A stretch of 64,000 bases of DNA from assembly GCA_963820225.1 (NCBI GenBank), contig CAWFYY010000005.1, forward strand, positions 125,620 to 189,619, given 5' to 3'. Positions 37,086-46,968 of this stretch are shown here, piece by piece. A model generated the notes under the pieces. It was not told the origin of the DNA and did no database searches. It worked only from the letters and a program-made list of their open reading frames with translations. How positions within the stretch are numbered: the first letter of the stretch is position 1; the number at the start of each line of letters is the position of its first letter. Position numbers and translations under genes: made by a program. This stretch comes from an uncultured Gaiellaceae bacterium. Its GTDB lineage: Bacteria > Actinomycetota > Thermoleophilia > Gaiellales > Gaiellaceae.

Positions 37086-38372
37086 TTGAGCCAGGCCTCG
37101 GCGCGCCCGCGGGCCGTGATCGTCGTCACGGGCAGCGAGCTCGTGCGCGGCGAGCGGACCGATCTGAACGGCCCGTTTCTCGCTCGCTCGCTGCTCGCAC
37201 TCGGGGTCGAGCCCGGACGAATCCAGATCGTCGGCGACGACCCCGCCGAGCTCGAGGCCGCCGTGCGCGAGGCCGTCGCCTCCGCCGACCTCGTTGCGTG
37301 CTCGGGCGGCCTCGGGCCGACGCACGACGACCGCACCGTCGAGGTCGTCGCCAAGGTGGCCGGCCGGCCGCTTCGGACGGACGAGGAGCTCGAGGCGCAG
37401 ATCGAGGGCGTCTCGCGCATGGCCGCGGAACGCATGAAGCGGCCGTACGCGGACTTCGCCCAGGGTGTGACCAAGCAGGCGACCGTCCCCGAGGGCGCGG
37501 ACGTTCTCGGCCTGGCAGGGACGGCGCCCGGTCTCGTCGTCGAGGCGAGCGGGATCCCTGTGATCGTGCTACCCGGCCCGCCGCCCGAGCTGCAGCGGCT
37601 CTGGCCGCGGGCGCTCGAGACCGAGGCGGTCCGGCGCGTGCTCGACCGCGGCAAGCCGCCGCTCCGGCGAACGCTGAGGTTCTTCGGGCCGGGCGAGTCG
37701 CAGGTCGCACAGGCATTCCAGGAAGCCGGCGGCGACGGGGACGGGCTCGAGGTGACGATCTGCGCCCGCAGCTTCGAGATCCACGTCGACCTCGTGGCGG
37801 ACCCGAGCGCCGAGGGCCGGCTGCTCGAGCTCCAGTCCGGGCTCGAGGAGCGGCTTGGGCGGTTCCTCTACTCGACCGACGGCAGAACGGTCGAGGAGAT
37901 CGTGCTCGACCGCTGCCGCGACCGCGGTTGGAAGCTCGCGACGGCCGAGTCCTGCACCGGCGGCCTCATCGCCGCGGGGCTGACCGCGATCCCCGGCTCG
38001 TCCGATGTCGTCGGGGGCGGCATCGTCTCGTACTCGAACGAGGTCAAGATCGCCGAGCTCGGCGTCCCGGCCCAGTTGGTCGAAGAGCACGGTGCGGTTT
38101 CCGCGGAGGTCGCGGAGGCGATGGCGCACGGAGCACGCGAGCGTCTCGGCGTCGACGTAGCCGTCTCGGTCACGGGCGTCGCCGGGCCGGGTGGCGGCAC
38201 GGAGGCTAAGCCCGTCGGGCTCGTGTACTTCCATGCCGAGACGCCCGAGGGCGCCCACGGCTCGTCCTTCAGCTTCCCGGGCGATCGCGACTCGATCAGG
38301 CGGCGCTCGGTCGTCGCCTCCCTGCACCTCCTGCGGCGAATGTTGGAACAGAATGGTGACGATTCCGTGTGA
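37086..38372 (+). CDS. cinA: competence/damage-inducible protein CinA (MoCF-binding plus nicotinamide-nucleotide amidase domains)
   Basis: Motifs are VIVVTGSELVRGE...GGLGPTHDD and C-terminal ATAESCTGGL. The track start is TTG 37086; GTG 37116 is an alternative. Confidence 0.9.
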   Translation: MSQASARPRAVIVVTGSELVRGERTDLNGPFLARSLLALGVEPGRIQIVGDDPAELEAAVREAVASADLVACSGGLGPTHDDRTVEVVAKVAGRPLRTDEELEAQIEGVSRMAAERMKRPYADFAQGVTKQATVPEGADVLGLAGTAPGLVVEASGIPVIVLPGPPPELQRLWPRALETEAVRRVLDRGKPPLRRTLRFFGPGESQVAQAFQEAGGDGDGLEVTICARSFEIHVDLVADPSAEGRLLELQSGLEERLGRFLYSTDGRTVEEIVLDRCRDRGWKLATAESCTGGLIAAGLTAIPGSSDVVGGGIVSYSNEVKIAELGVPAQLVEEHGAVSAEVAEAMAHGARERLGVDVAVSVTGVAGPGGGTEAKPVGLVYFHAETPEGAHGSSFSFPGDRDSIRRRSVVASLHLLRRMLEQNGDDSV

Positions 38373-38929
38373 ACCCGCCGGGTAGCGTGGACGGGGATGA
38401 GCGGCTTCGCCTCTTCCTTGCCCTGCAGCTCCCCGACGACGTCGTCGCCTCGATCGCCGACTGGCAGGCTGAGAAGCTGGACGACCGAGAGCCCGTCGGC
38501 CGGGTCGTGCCTCCGGGTAATCTCCATGTCACGCTCGCGTTCCTCGGCTCGCGGCCCGCAGCCGAGCTCCCCGGCATTCTCGAGGTGCTCGCCGCCGCCG
38601 CACGCGACACCGCGCCGCCTCACTTCGACATCACCGGCTACCGGGAGACCCGCTCCGTCGGGATGCTCACGCTGGACGAGGCGAGCGGGACTGGGGCGGA
38701 GCTGGCCGGACGCGTGCAGTCGGAGCTGGCCGGGCTCGGGGTCTACAAGCCCGAGGCGCGTCCATGGCTGCCGCACGTCACTGTGCTCCGTTTCCGCGAG
38801 CGTCCGCGGTTGCACCCGGAGCCGCCCTCGCTCGGCTGGATGTCGTCCGATGCTGCTGCTTTTCTTTCACGTCTGCACCCGTCCGGGGCTCGGTACGAGG
38901 TGCTCGAATCGTTTCGGCTAGGAGGTTGA
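38369..38929 (+). CDS. thpR: RNA 2',3'-cyclic phosphodiesterase (2'-5' RNA ligase family)
   Basis: GTGA overlap with the cinA stop. Two HxT/S motifs are present (NLHVTLAFLG and LPHVTVLRF). Confidence 0.85.
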   Translation: MNPPGSVDGDERLRLFLALQLPDDVVASIADWQAEKLDDREPVGRVVPPGNLHVTLAFLGSRPAAELPGILEVLAAAARDTAPPHFDITGYRETRSVGMLTLDEASGTGAELAGRVQSELAGLGVYKPEARPWLPHVTVLRFRERPRLHPEPPSLGWMSSDAAAFLSRLHPSGARYEVLESFRLGG

Positions 38930-38932
38930 AAG

Positions 38933-40046
38933 ATGAATCGCGAGGAAGCTCTCGACGTCGCCCTCGGACAGATCGAGCGGGCGTTCGGAAAAGGCTCGGT
39001 CATGAAGATGAGCGATCAGGCTCAGGTGCAGATCGGAGCAATCTCGACCGGTTCGCTCTCGCTTGACGTCGCCCTTGGCATCGGCGGCCTGCCGCGCGGG
39101 CGCGTGATCGAGCTCTACGGACCGGAGAGCTCGGGCAAGACGACGCTCGTCTACCACGTGATCGCGGAGGCGCAGCGGCGTGGCGGCATCTGCGCGTTCA
39201 TCGATGCGGAGCATTCGATGGATCCGCAGTACGCGCGCAAGATCGGGGTCAACGTCGACGACCTGCTGGTCTCCCAGCCCGACACGGGCGAGCAGGCGCT
39301 CGAGATCACCGAGCTGCTCGTGCGCTCCGGGCGCCCTCGACGTCGTCGCGGTCGACTCCGTCGCCGCCCTGACGCCGAAAGCCGAGATCGAGGGCGAGAT
39401 GGGCGACAGTCACATGGGCCTTCAGGCGCGGCTGATGAGCCAGGCGCTGCGGAAGCTCGCCGGCACGCTCAACCGCACCGACACGATCTGTCTCTTCACC
39501 AACCAGCTGCGGGAGAAGATCGGCGTCATGTTCGGCAGCCCCGAGACCACGCCGGGCGGGCGCGCGCTCAAGTTCTACGCCTCCGTTCGGCTCGACATCC
39601 GCCGGATCGAGACGCTCAAGGATGGCGCGGAGGCCTACGGCAACCGTGTCCGCGTCAAGGTGGTCAAGAACAAGGTGGCGCCGCCGTTCAAGCAGGCCGA
39701 GTTCGACATCATCTACGGCACGGGCATCTCCTGGGAGAGCACCGTCCTCGACGTCGGGATCGAACGGAAGATCGTGCAGAAGTCGGGGTCGTACTTCAGC
39801 TACGGCGACGAGCGGCTCGGACAGGGCCGCCAGAATGCGGCGTCGTTCCTGCGCGAGCATCCGGACCTCGTGCAACAGATCCTCGCTGCCATCCAGGCCC
39901 AGGCAGGGCCGGACCAGGCCGTCTCGGCACGACTGTTGCCCACCGTCGCAGGCGCCGAGCAGGTGACGCCGATCGTCGACGAGCTCGAGGACGCGGAGGA
40001 GACGGAGAACGTGAAGGAAGCGGAGGAAGCCGCCTCCGCTGCCTAG
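38933..40046 (+). CDS. recA: recombinase RecA, split by a 1-nt insertion as sequenced (probable assembly error)
   Basis: The N-terminal part ([19 protein letters not shown]) ends at ...LVRSG. The next frame continues with [27 protein letters not shown]...FINQ-type core. The break is at the GGG run 39329-39331. Confidence 0.95.
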
Positions 40047-40062
40047 ACCGGAGTAGAAACCG

Positions 40063-40489
40063 ATGGCTCGCCAGCCCGACGGCCCGGACGCCGTCGAGAC
40101 CGCACTGCGCGCGTTGCGCTTCCGCGACCGGACGACGCGCGGAGCTCGACGCGCGTCTCGAGCAGCGCGGCGTCGGCGAGGCCGAGCGGGAGCAGACACT
40201 CGAGACGCTGGAGCGGATCGGGTACGTGGACGACGAGCGCTTCGCCGGCAGCAGGGCGGAGCGACTCGCCGAACGCGGATCGGGCGACGCACTGATCCGA
40301 GACGACCTCGAGCGGCGTGGAGTCGCGGCGGAGACCGTCGAAGCGGTGCTCGCCGGCATCGCGCCGGAGCGCGAGCGCGCCGCCCGGATCGTCGAGGAGC
40401 GGGGGCCGAGCGCCAAGACGATGCGCTACCTCGCCGCGCGCGGGTTCGGGGAGGACGCGCTCGAGGGCATCGTTGCGCAGGAGGACTGA
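40063..40489 (+). CDS. recX: regulatory protein RecX, frame disrupted at about 40136-40141 as sequenced
   Basis: [25 protein letters not shown] continues in another frame as [36 protein letters not shown].... The gene lies immediately downstream of recA. Confidence 0.85.
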
Positions 40490-40740
40490 GAAACGATAGG
40501 ATTGAAAGTGCTTCCATTCGACGTTTTACCTGCAAGCGCGTGCTTTTCCGAAATTACTGAAACCTTGACTCAGCCCATTCCGACGATGCAGAGACCCGGC
40601 GAACAGGAGGAACCGCCGGCTTCAGCGTGATCTGACGCGCCCTAGACCGGAGCACGGCCGCGCAGGCCGAGCGCCGGATGTGAGCACCGAGGCGAGGCCG
40701 CCTTGGTCAACCGACCTTCTCCCCCTGGAGGCAGGACGCC

Positions 40741-42241
40741 ATGCTCACGACGCTTGCGGCGCTCATCGGACTCGCTCTCGGTGCAGGCATCGCTTCGGCG
40801 CTGCTGGTGCTTCGGAGCGGTTCGCGCGTCCACGTCGCCGAGCGCGAGGCCGAGACGATCCGCCGCGAGGCGCAGATCGAGGCGCGCGAGGAGGCCGTCA
40901 GGCTCCGGGGCGAGGTCGAGAACGAGGTACGGGAGCGGCGGGCCGAGGCGGCGAGGACCGAGGAGGTGATCGCGGCGGCCGAGCACGAGCTCGCACGCCG
41001 GTCGACGGAGGTCGAGCGCCGCGACCAGGGTCTTGCCGACCGGGAGACGCACGTCAAGCAGCTGCAGGAGGAGCTGAAGTCAGCGAAGGACGAAGCGCTG
41101 GCTCAGCTCGAGAAGATCGCAGGGCTGACGGTGGCGGAGGCGAAGCGCCACCTGCTCGAGCGGTCGGAAGACCTGATCCGGCACGAGCTCGCTCGCAGCG
41201 TCCGTCAGCAGGAGGAGGAGGCACGAACCGAGTCGAGACGACGTGCCCGGGCCCTCATCGCCGACGCGCTCCAGCGGGTCGCGGCAAGCCACACGGCCGA
41301 GACGACGGTCACCGTCGTCGAGCTGCCCTCGGACGACATGAAGGGCCGGATCATCGGACGAGAGGGTCGCAACATCCGGGCGCTCGAGCACCTCACAGGC
41401 GTCGACTTCATCATCGACGACACGCCGCAGGCAGTCGTCCTCTCCTCCTTCGACGGGCTCCGGCGGGAGGTCGCTCGGACGACGCTCGAGAAGCTGATCG
41501 AGGACGGGCGCATCCACCCGGCGCGGATCGAGGAGATGTACTACCTCTCCAAGGCGGAGCTCGAGGACCACGTGCGCCAGGCAGGGGAGCAGGCGGTCTT
41601 CGAGGCGCGCTGCGGCGAGTTCCACGAGGAGCTCGTGAAGGTGCATCGGCAAGCTGCGGTACCGCACGAGCTACGGGCAGCACGTCCTCAAGCACACGCT
41701 CGAGGTCGTGCACCTGGCCGGGATCATGGCCAGCGAGCTCGGCGCGAGCGTGAAGACGGCGAAGCGGGCGGCGCTGCTGCACGACATCGGGAAGGCGATG
41801 ACCCACGAGGTCGAGGGCTCGCACGCACTCATCTCGGCGCAGCTGGCGAAGCGCTACGGCGAGAGCCAGGGGGTCGTCCACGCGATCGAGGCGCATCACT
41901 ACGAGGTGCAGCCACAGACCGTCGAGGCCGTGCTCCTGATCGCGGCCGATGCGATCTCCGCGTCACGTCCAGGCGCCCGCGGGGAGAGCCTCGAGCACTA
42001 CATCAAGCGCCTCGGCGCACTGGAGGACATCGCGACGGCGAAACCCGGCGTGGCCAAGGCCTACGCACTGCAGGCCGGTCGCGAGATCCGCGTGATGGTG
42101 GAGCCGACCGAAGTCGATGACGACGCCGCCGTCCTTCTCTCGCACGAGATCGCCCGCGAGATCGAGGACCAGCTCGAGTATCCCGGCCAGGTGAAGGTGA
42201 TCGTGATCAGGGAGAGCCGGGCCGTCGAAGTGGCCAAGTAA
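40741..42241 (+). CDS. rny: ribonuclease Y, frame disrupted at about 41643-41646 as sequenced
   Basis: An N-terminal TM segment, a coiled coil, a KH motif ([15 protein letters not shown]) and ...HEELVKV are followed in the +1 frame by [26 protein letters not shown]...LLHDIGKA (HD domain). Confidence 0.92.
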
Positions 42242-42281
42242 CAGTCTGTTTCGTGGTCGCCGGGCTAGACTGGCGCCGGCG

Positions 42282-43602
42282 ATGAAGCGCTACCACGTCA
42301 CCACTTTCGGTTGCCAGATGAACGCCCACGACTCGGAGCGGATCAAAGGCATGCTCGAATCGCTCGGGCTCGGCGAGGCGTCGTCACAGGCGGATGCCGA
42401 CGTCCTCGTCTTCAACACGTGCACGATTCGCGAGAAGCCGGACACGAAGCTGGCCGCCTATCTCGGCGATGCAGGAGCGCGAAAGCGCGAGAACCCGGAG
42501 CTCGTCGTCGCCGTGGGCGGCTGCTACGCCGAGGCGCAGCGCGAGCGGATCTTCGAGCTCTACCCGCAGGTCGACGTCGCGTTCGGGCCTGGCTCGATCC
42601 CGCACCTCGGCGACTGGCTCGGAGCCGGGCGGCCAGGCGCCGCGCGGCCGGTTCGGCACGCATGAGCACTTCGCCGGTGAGCTGCCGATGCACCGCGAGC
42701 GCGCGTTCAGCGCCTGGGTGCAGGTCTCGATGGGCTGCAACTCGAAGTGCGCTTACTGCATCGTGCCGGCCGTGCGCGGCAGGGAGCAAAGCCGCCGGCC
42801 GGGGGAGATCGTGGCCGAGGTCACGCGCCTCGCCGCCGACGGTGTGCGCGAGGTGACGCTGCTCGGGCAGAACGTGAACTCCTGGGGACGCGACCTCCGA
42901 CCCGAGCTCGAGACCGAGTTCGGCGAGCTGCTGCGCGCCTGCGACGCGGTCGACGGGATCGACCGGATTCGATTCACGAGCCCACACCCGAAGGACTTCC
43001 GCGACCCCGTCATCGCGGCCATGGCCGAATGCGAGGCTGTGTGCGAGCACATCCACCTGCCGCTTCAGTCCGGCTCGAGCAGGATCCTGAAGGCGATGCG
43101 CCGCACGTACGATCGCGAGCGCTACCTGAGACTCGTCACGAAGCTACGTGCTGCGATTTCCGGCCTCGCGCTCGGCACCGACGTCATCGTCGGGTTCCCA
43201 GGCGAGACCGAAGACGACTTCAGAGAGACGTTGGAGGTGGTCGAGGCCGTGCGGTACGACAGCGCCTTCACGTTCATCTACTCGCCCCGCCAGGGGACGG
43301 AAGCGGCAGCACTGCCTGACCAGGTGCCGGACGAGGTCAAGCACGACAGGCTCGAGCGGCTCGTCGACGTCGTGCAGCGCATTGCATCCGAGCGAAACGC
43401 CGAGCGTGTCGGGACGGCCGTCGAGGTGCTCGTGGAGGGGCGGAGCCGGACCGACGCGACGCTGTTGCGCGGACGCACGCGTGGCAACACGATGGTCAAC
43501 TTCACCGGCGACGCGCTGCCCGGAGAGCTCGCCCACGTCCTGATCGCAGGCGCGACCTCGACCACGTTGCGAGGCGCACAGCGCACCGCGGTGGCTGCAT
43601 GA
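42282..43602 (+). CDS. miaB: tRNA-2-methylthio-N6-dimethylallyladenosine synthase MiaB, frame disrupted at the GGG run 42627-42629 as sequenced
   Basis: Carries the FGCQMN motif, the radical-SAM motif CNSKCAYCIVP and a TRAM C-terminus. The two track ORFs (42282-42665 and 42394-43602) join if one G is removed. Confidence 0.92.
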
Positions 43603-44636
43603 AAGTTCTGCTCACGGGATCATCCGGGCAGATCGGCACGAACCTCGCGCATCGCCTGAAGCAGGAAGGTCATGACGTGTTCGGCGTCGACAAACGCCAG
43701 AACACCTGGACCGACGAATTCCGCTACCTGCTCCAGGACCTTTCCGGCCATTACGCATCGTTCCCGGGCGGGATCAACGGCGTCGAGTACCCGGAGGCGG
43801 ACATCGTCGTGCACCTCGCGGCGCACGCGAAGGTGCACCAGCTCGTCCGCCAGCCGCAGCGGGCGCTCGAGAACGCCGTGATGACCTTCAACGTGCTCGA
43901 GTACGCACGCCAGCAGCGCATTCCAATCGTCTTCTCGTCCAGCCGCGAGGTCTACGGGGACGTCCACCGCTTCGAGGAGTACGGCGAGTCGATCGCCGAC
44001 TTCGCCTACACGGAGAGCACCTACTCGGCCTCGAAGATCGCCGGCGAGGCCTTCATCTACTCGTACGCCCGCTGCTACGGGCTGCCGTATCTCGTCTTCC
44101 GGTTCTCGAACGTCTACGGACGCTACGACAACGACCTGCAGCGCATGGTGCGCGTGATCCCGCTCTTCATCCACTCGATGCTCCGCGGGGAGCCGATCAC
44201 GGTCTACGGCGGCCGGGAGAAGACGCTCGACTTCACGTACGTCGACGACTGCGTGGACGGGATCGTGCGTGGGGTCGAGGCCCTCGCAGAGGGCCGGGTC
44301 GTCAACCAGACGATCAACCTCGCCTACGGGCAGGGCAACACACTCGTCCACGTCGCGGAGCGAATCGCCGCGGAGCTCGGGGTCGAGCCGGACATGACGA
44401 TCGCACCGTCGTTGCTCGGCGAGGTGACGCACTACGTCGCCGACCTGAGCAAGGCGCGCGAGCTCCTGGGCTACGACCCGAAAGTGCCGCTCGACGAGGG
44501 GATCGCCCGCTCGGTCGCCTGGTTCCGTGAGCACCGCGACGCTCATCCCGAGGAGAACGTCCCCGTGACGGCCGACCACGAGGGCAGCAGCCCGGACGAT
44601 GTCGAGCACGGCTGGAAGACAGTCCCCGCTACCTGA
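43599..44636 (+). CDS. NAD-dependent epimerase/dehydratase (extended SDR)
   Basis: Motifs are LLTGSSGQIGTNL (GxxGxxG) and YSASK (YxxxK). ATGA overlap with the miaB stop. Confidence 0.88.
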   Translation: MKVLLTGSSGQIGTNLAHRLKQEGHDVFGVDKRQNTWTDEFRYLLQDLSGHYASFPGGINGVEYPEADIVVHLAAHAKVHQLVRQPQRALENAVMTFNVLEYARQQRIPIVFSSSREVYGDVHRFEEYGESIADFAYTESTYSASKIAGEAFIYSYARCYGLPYLVFRFSNVYGRYDNDLQRMVRVIPLFIHSMLRGEPITVYGGREKTLDFTYVDDCVDGIVRGVEALAEGRVVNQTINLAYGQGNTLVHVAERIAAELGVEPDMTIAPSLLGEVTHYVADLSKARELLGYDPKVPLDEGIARSVAWFREHRDAHPEENVPVTADHEGSSPDDVEHGWKTVPAT

Positions 44637-45489
44637 CATCGTCGCGATCTTCGGCCCGACGGGGTCGGGCAAATCCGCCGTTGCGGAGGCGATCGCCGAG
44701 CGGATCCCGGCCGAGCTCGTTTCCGCCGACTCGATGCAGGTCTACCGTGGGCTGCCGATCCTCACGAACCAGGATGCTCACGCGCGCCTCGTCGGCATCT
44801 GGCCGCTCGACCGGCAGGGCACCGTCGGCGAGTTTCAGGTTCTGGCACACCAGGCGATCGACGAGATCGTCGCGGCCGGCCGGACCGCTGTTGTCGTGGG
44901 CGGCTCCGGCCTCTGGTTCCAAGCGGCGCTGACGGACGTGCGCCTACCGCCCGACGTGCCCGCCGACGCGCGAGCGCGCTGGGAGCGGCTCTACGACCGG
45001 CGCGGCGCAGCCACCGCGCACGGTCTGCTGCAGTCCCGCGATCCCCGTGCCGCCGCCCAGGTGCATCCGAACGACCGCAAGCGCGTCGTGCGCGCCCTGG
45101 AGCTCTGGCAGGCCGGCGGAACGCTGGTGCCGGAGGAGCCGCGCCTCTGGAGCGCCGAGCTTCGCCTCCCGACTGTCATCGCGGGCCTCGACGTCCCGCA
45201 CGAGACCCTGGCGGCACGGATCCGCGCCCGCACCGCTGCGATGTTCGAGCACGGGGTGGAGGAGGAGGTGCGGGCGGCGGGCGATGTCGTTCCGCAGGTG
45301 CTCGGCCTCGATGCCGTGCGCGGGCTGTCCCGGCCAGAGGCGATCGTCGAGCTCGAACGAGGAACGCTGCGCTTCGCCGCCTACCAGCGGAAGTGGATGC
45401 GCCGCATCCCCGGCATCGTCATGATCGACGCGGACCGGCCGGTGGGAGAGGTGGCGGATGCGATTCTCGAAGTGGCACGCACTCGGTAA
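44599..45489 (+). CDS. miaA: tRNA dimethylallyltransferase
   Basis: P-loop IFGPTGSGKSAVA plus DSMQVYRGLPILTNQ. The start is uncertain; the track ATG overlaps the previous gene by 38 nt. Confidence 0.9.
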   Translation: MSSTAGRQSPLPDIVAIFGPTGSGKSAVAEAIAERIPAELVSADSMQVYRGLPILTNQDAHARLVGIWPLDRQGTVGEFQVLAHQAIDEIVAAGRTAVVVGGSGLWFQAALTDVRLPPDVPADARARWERLYDRRGAATAHGLLQSRDPRAAAQVHPNDRKRVVRALELWQAGGTLVPEEPRLWSAELRLPTVIAGLDVPHETLAARIRARTAAMFEHGVEEEVRAAGDVVPQVLGLDAVRGLSRPEAIVELERGTLRFAAYQRKWMRRIPGIVMIDADRPVGEVADAILEVARTR

Positions 45490-46225
45490 CAGCTACCTGC
45501 TCGTCGAGCGGGAATCGGGCGTGTCGCTCGAGTCCGAGCTCGCACGGCGGCTCTGCGACGTTCGCTACGGGATCGGCTCCGACGGTGTCCTCGAGATCGT
45601 CGCGGTCGAGGATGCACAGGCCGAGATCGTGATCTGGAATCCGGACGGCTCCGTGGCGGAGTTCTCGGGCAACGGCAGCCGCATCGCCGCCGCCTGGCTC
45701 GGCCGGCGGGCCGGCGCTGCTCAGGTGACGATCGCCGTCTCCGGCCGTTCGTATCCCGCGGCAATTCGCGACGACGGGACGATCGCCATGGGCGTCGGGG
45801 ATGTCGAGGTGGGGGAGTTGGAGACGGTCGAGCTCGGCGATGAGCGTGTGGAGCTGACCGCGGTGTCCGTCGGCAACCCGCACGCGGTCGTGCGTGGCAA
45901 CCCGGTGCGCGAAGAGCTCCTCCGGCTCGGCCCGCAACTGGAGGTGAACGAGCGCTTCCCAGACCGGACGAATGTCCAGCTCGTCGGAGTCGACGGACTC
46001 AACGAGCTGACCGTGCTCGTCTGGGAGCGCGGGGCGGGGGAGACGAGCGCCTCGGGATCGAGTGCCGTGGCTGCTGCGGCCGCTGCGGTCGCCAACGGGT
46101 GGTGCGAGAGCCCGGTGACGGTCCGCATGCCCGGCGGGGAGCTGCATGTCGAGCTGGACGAGCAGAATCGCGTCACGCTCGTCGGCCCGGCCGAGGAGAT
46201 CTGCGAAGGCGACCTGAGGGTCTAG
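45458..46225 (+). CDS. dapF: diaminopimelate epimerase homologue with both catalytic Cys positions occupied by Ser
   Basis: Family motifs are FSKWHALGNSY, NPDGSVAEFSGNGSR and ERGAGETSASGSSA. Ser70 is encoded by TCG 45665-45667 and Ser199 by TCG 46052-46054. The gene sits in the conserved miaA-dapF-hflX position. Confidence 0.85.
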   Translation: MRFSKWHALGNSYLLVERESGVSLESELARRLCDVRYGIGSDGVLEIVAVEDAQAEIVIWNPDGSVAEFSGNGSRIAAAWLGRRAGAAQVTIAVSGRSYPAAIRDDGTIAMGVGDVEVGELETVELGDERVELTAVSVGNPHAVVRGNPVREELLRLGPQLEVNERFPDRTNVQLVGVDGLNELTVLVWERGAGETSASGSSAVAAAAAAVANGWCESPVTVRMPGGELHVELDEQNRVTLVGPAEEICEGDLRV

Positions 46226-46968
46226 ACGGCGAGCTCGAACTCTCGCAGCGTCTCGTTCAGGCTCAGGCGCTCGTCGTGCGACTCCTGGCGCCAGCCGATG
46301 ATCAGCGCGCAGTCGATCTGGTAGGTGCCGGCCGGGAACTCCTTGGGGCGCGTGCCCGGAACGACGACTGCGCGCGGCGGGACCACGCCGCGGTGCTCCA
46401 CCGGCTCCGAGCCGGTGACGTCGATGATCGGGACGCTTGCGGTCAGCGAGACGTTCGCCGCCAGGATTGCCCCGGCGCCGATCCGCACGCCCTCGGTCAC
46501 GATGCAGCGGGAGCCGACGAAAGCGCCGTCCTCGACGACGACCGGGGTCGCGTTCGGCGGCTCGAGCACGCCGCCGATGCCGACTCCGCCCGCCAGGTGC
46601 ACATCCGCTCCGATCTGGGCGCACGAGCCCACTGTCGCCCACGTGTCCACCATCGTGCGAGGACCGACCCAGGCGCCGATGTTCACGTAGCCGGGCATCA
46701 GCACCACGCCTTCCGAGAGAAACGAGCCGTAGCGGGCGACCCCGGGCGGGACGATCCGGACGCCCGGTGCGTGCTTCTTCAGCGGGATCTTGTCCTGATA
46801 CGAGAACGGCCCGACCGTCATCGGCTCGACCTTCCGGAGGCGGAAGTACTCGAGGATCGCTTCCTTCGCCTCCACGTCGACGACCCACTCGTCGCCGACC
46901 TTGCTTGCGACGCGCCGCTCGCCCGTGTCGAGCGCCGCGACGATCTCCTCGGCGAGCTCGGGGTTCAC
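46222..46968 (-). CDS. dapD: 2,3,4,5-tetrahydropyridine-2,6-dicarboxylate N-succinyltransferase
   Basis: Left-handed beta-helix hexapeptide repeats (GYVNIGAWVGPRTMVDTWATVGSCAQIGADVHLAGGVGIGG). GTG 46968 overlaps the dapC stop. Confidence 0.9.
   Translation of the reverse strand: MNPELAEEIVAALDTGERRVASKVGDEWVVDVEAKEAILEYFRLRKVEPMTVGPFSYQDKIPLKKHAPGVRIVPPGVARYGSFLSEGVVLMPGYVNIGAWVGPRTMVDTWATVGSCAQIGADVHLAGGVGIGGVLEPPNATPVVVEDGAFVGSRCIVTEGVRIGAGAILAANVSLTASVPIIDVTGSEPVEHRGVVPPRAVVVPGTRPKEFPAGTYQIDCALIIGWRQESHDERLSLNETLREFELAV

Noticed and set aside
38933-43602. recA, recX, rny and miaB as genuine pseudogenes.
   Set aside because: All four are conserved along their full length once a single nucleotide is added or removed, and at least two breaks lie in GGG runs. 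Joint inactivation of these functions is implausible. They are treated as assembly indels pending read-level confirmation.
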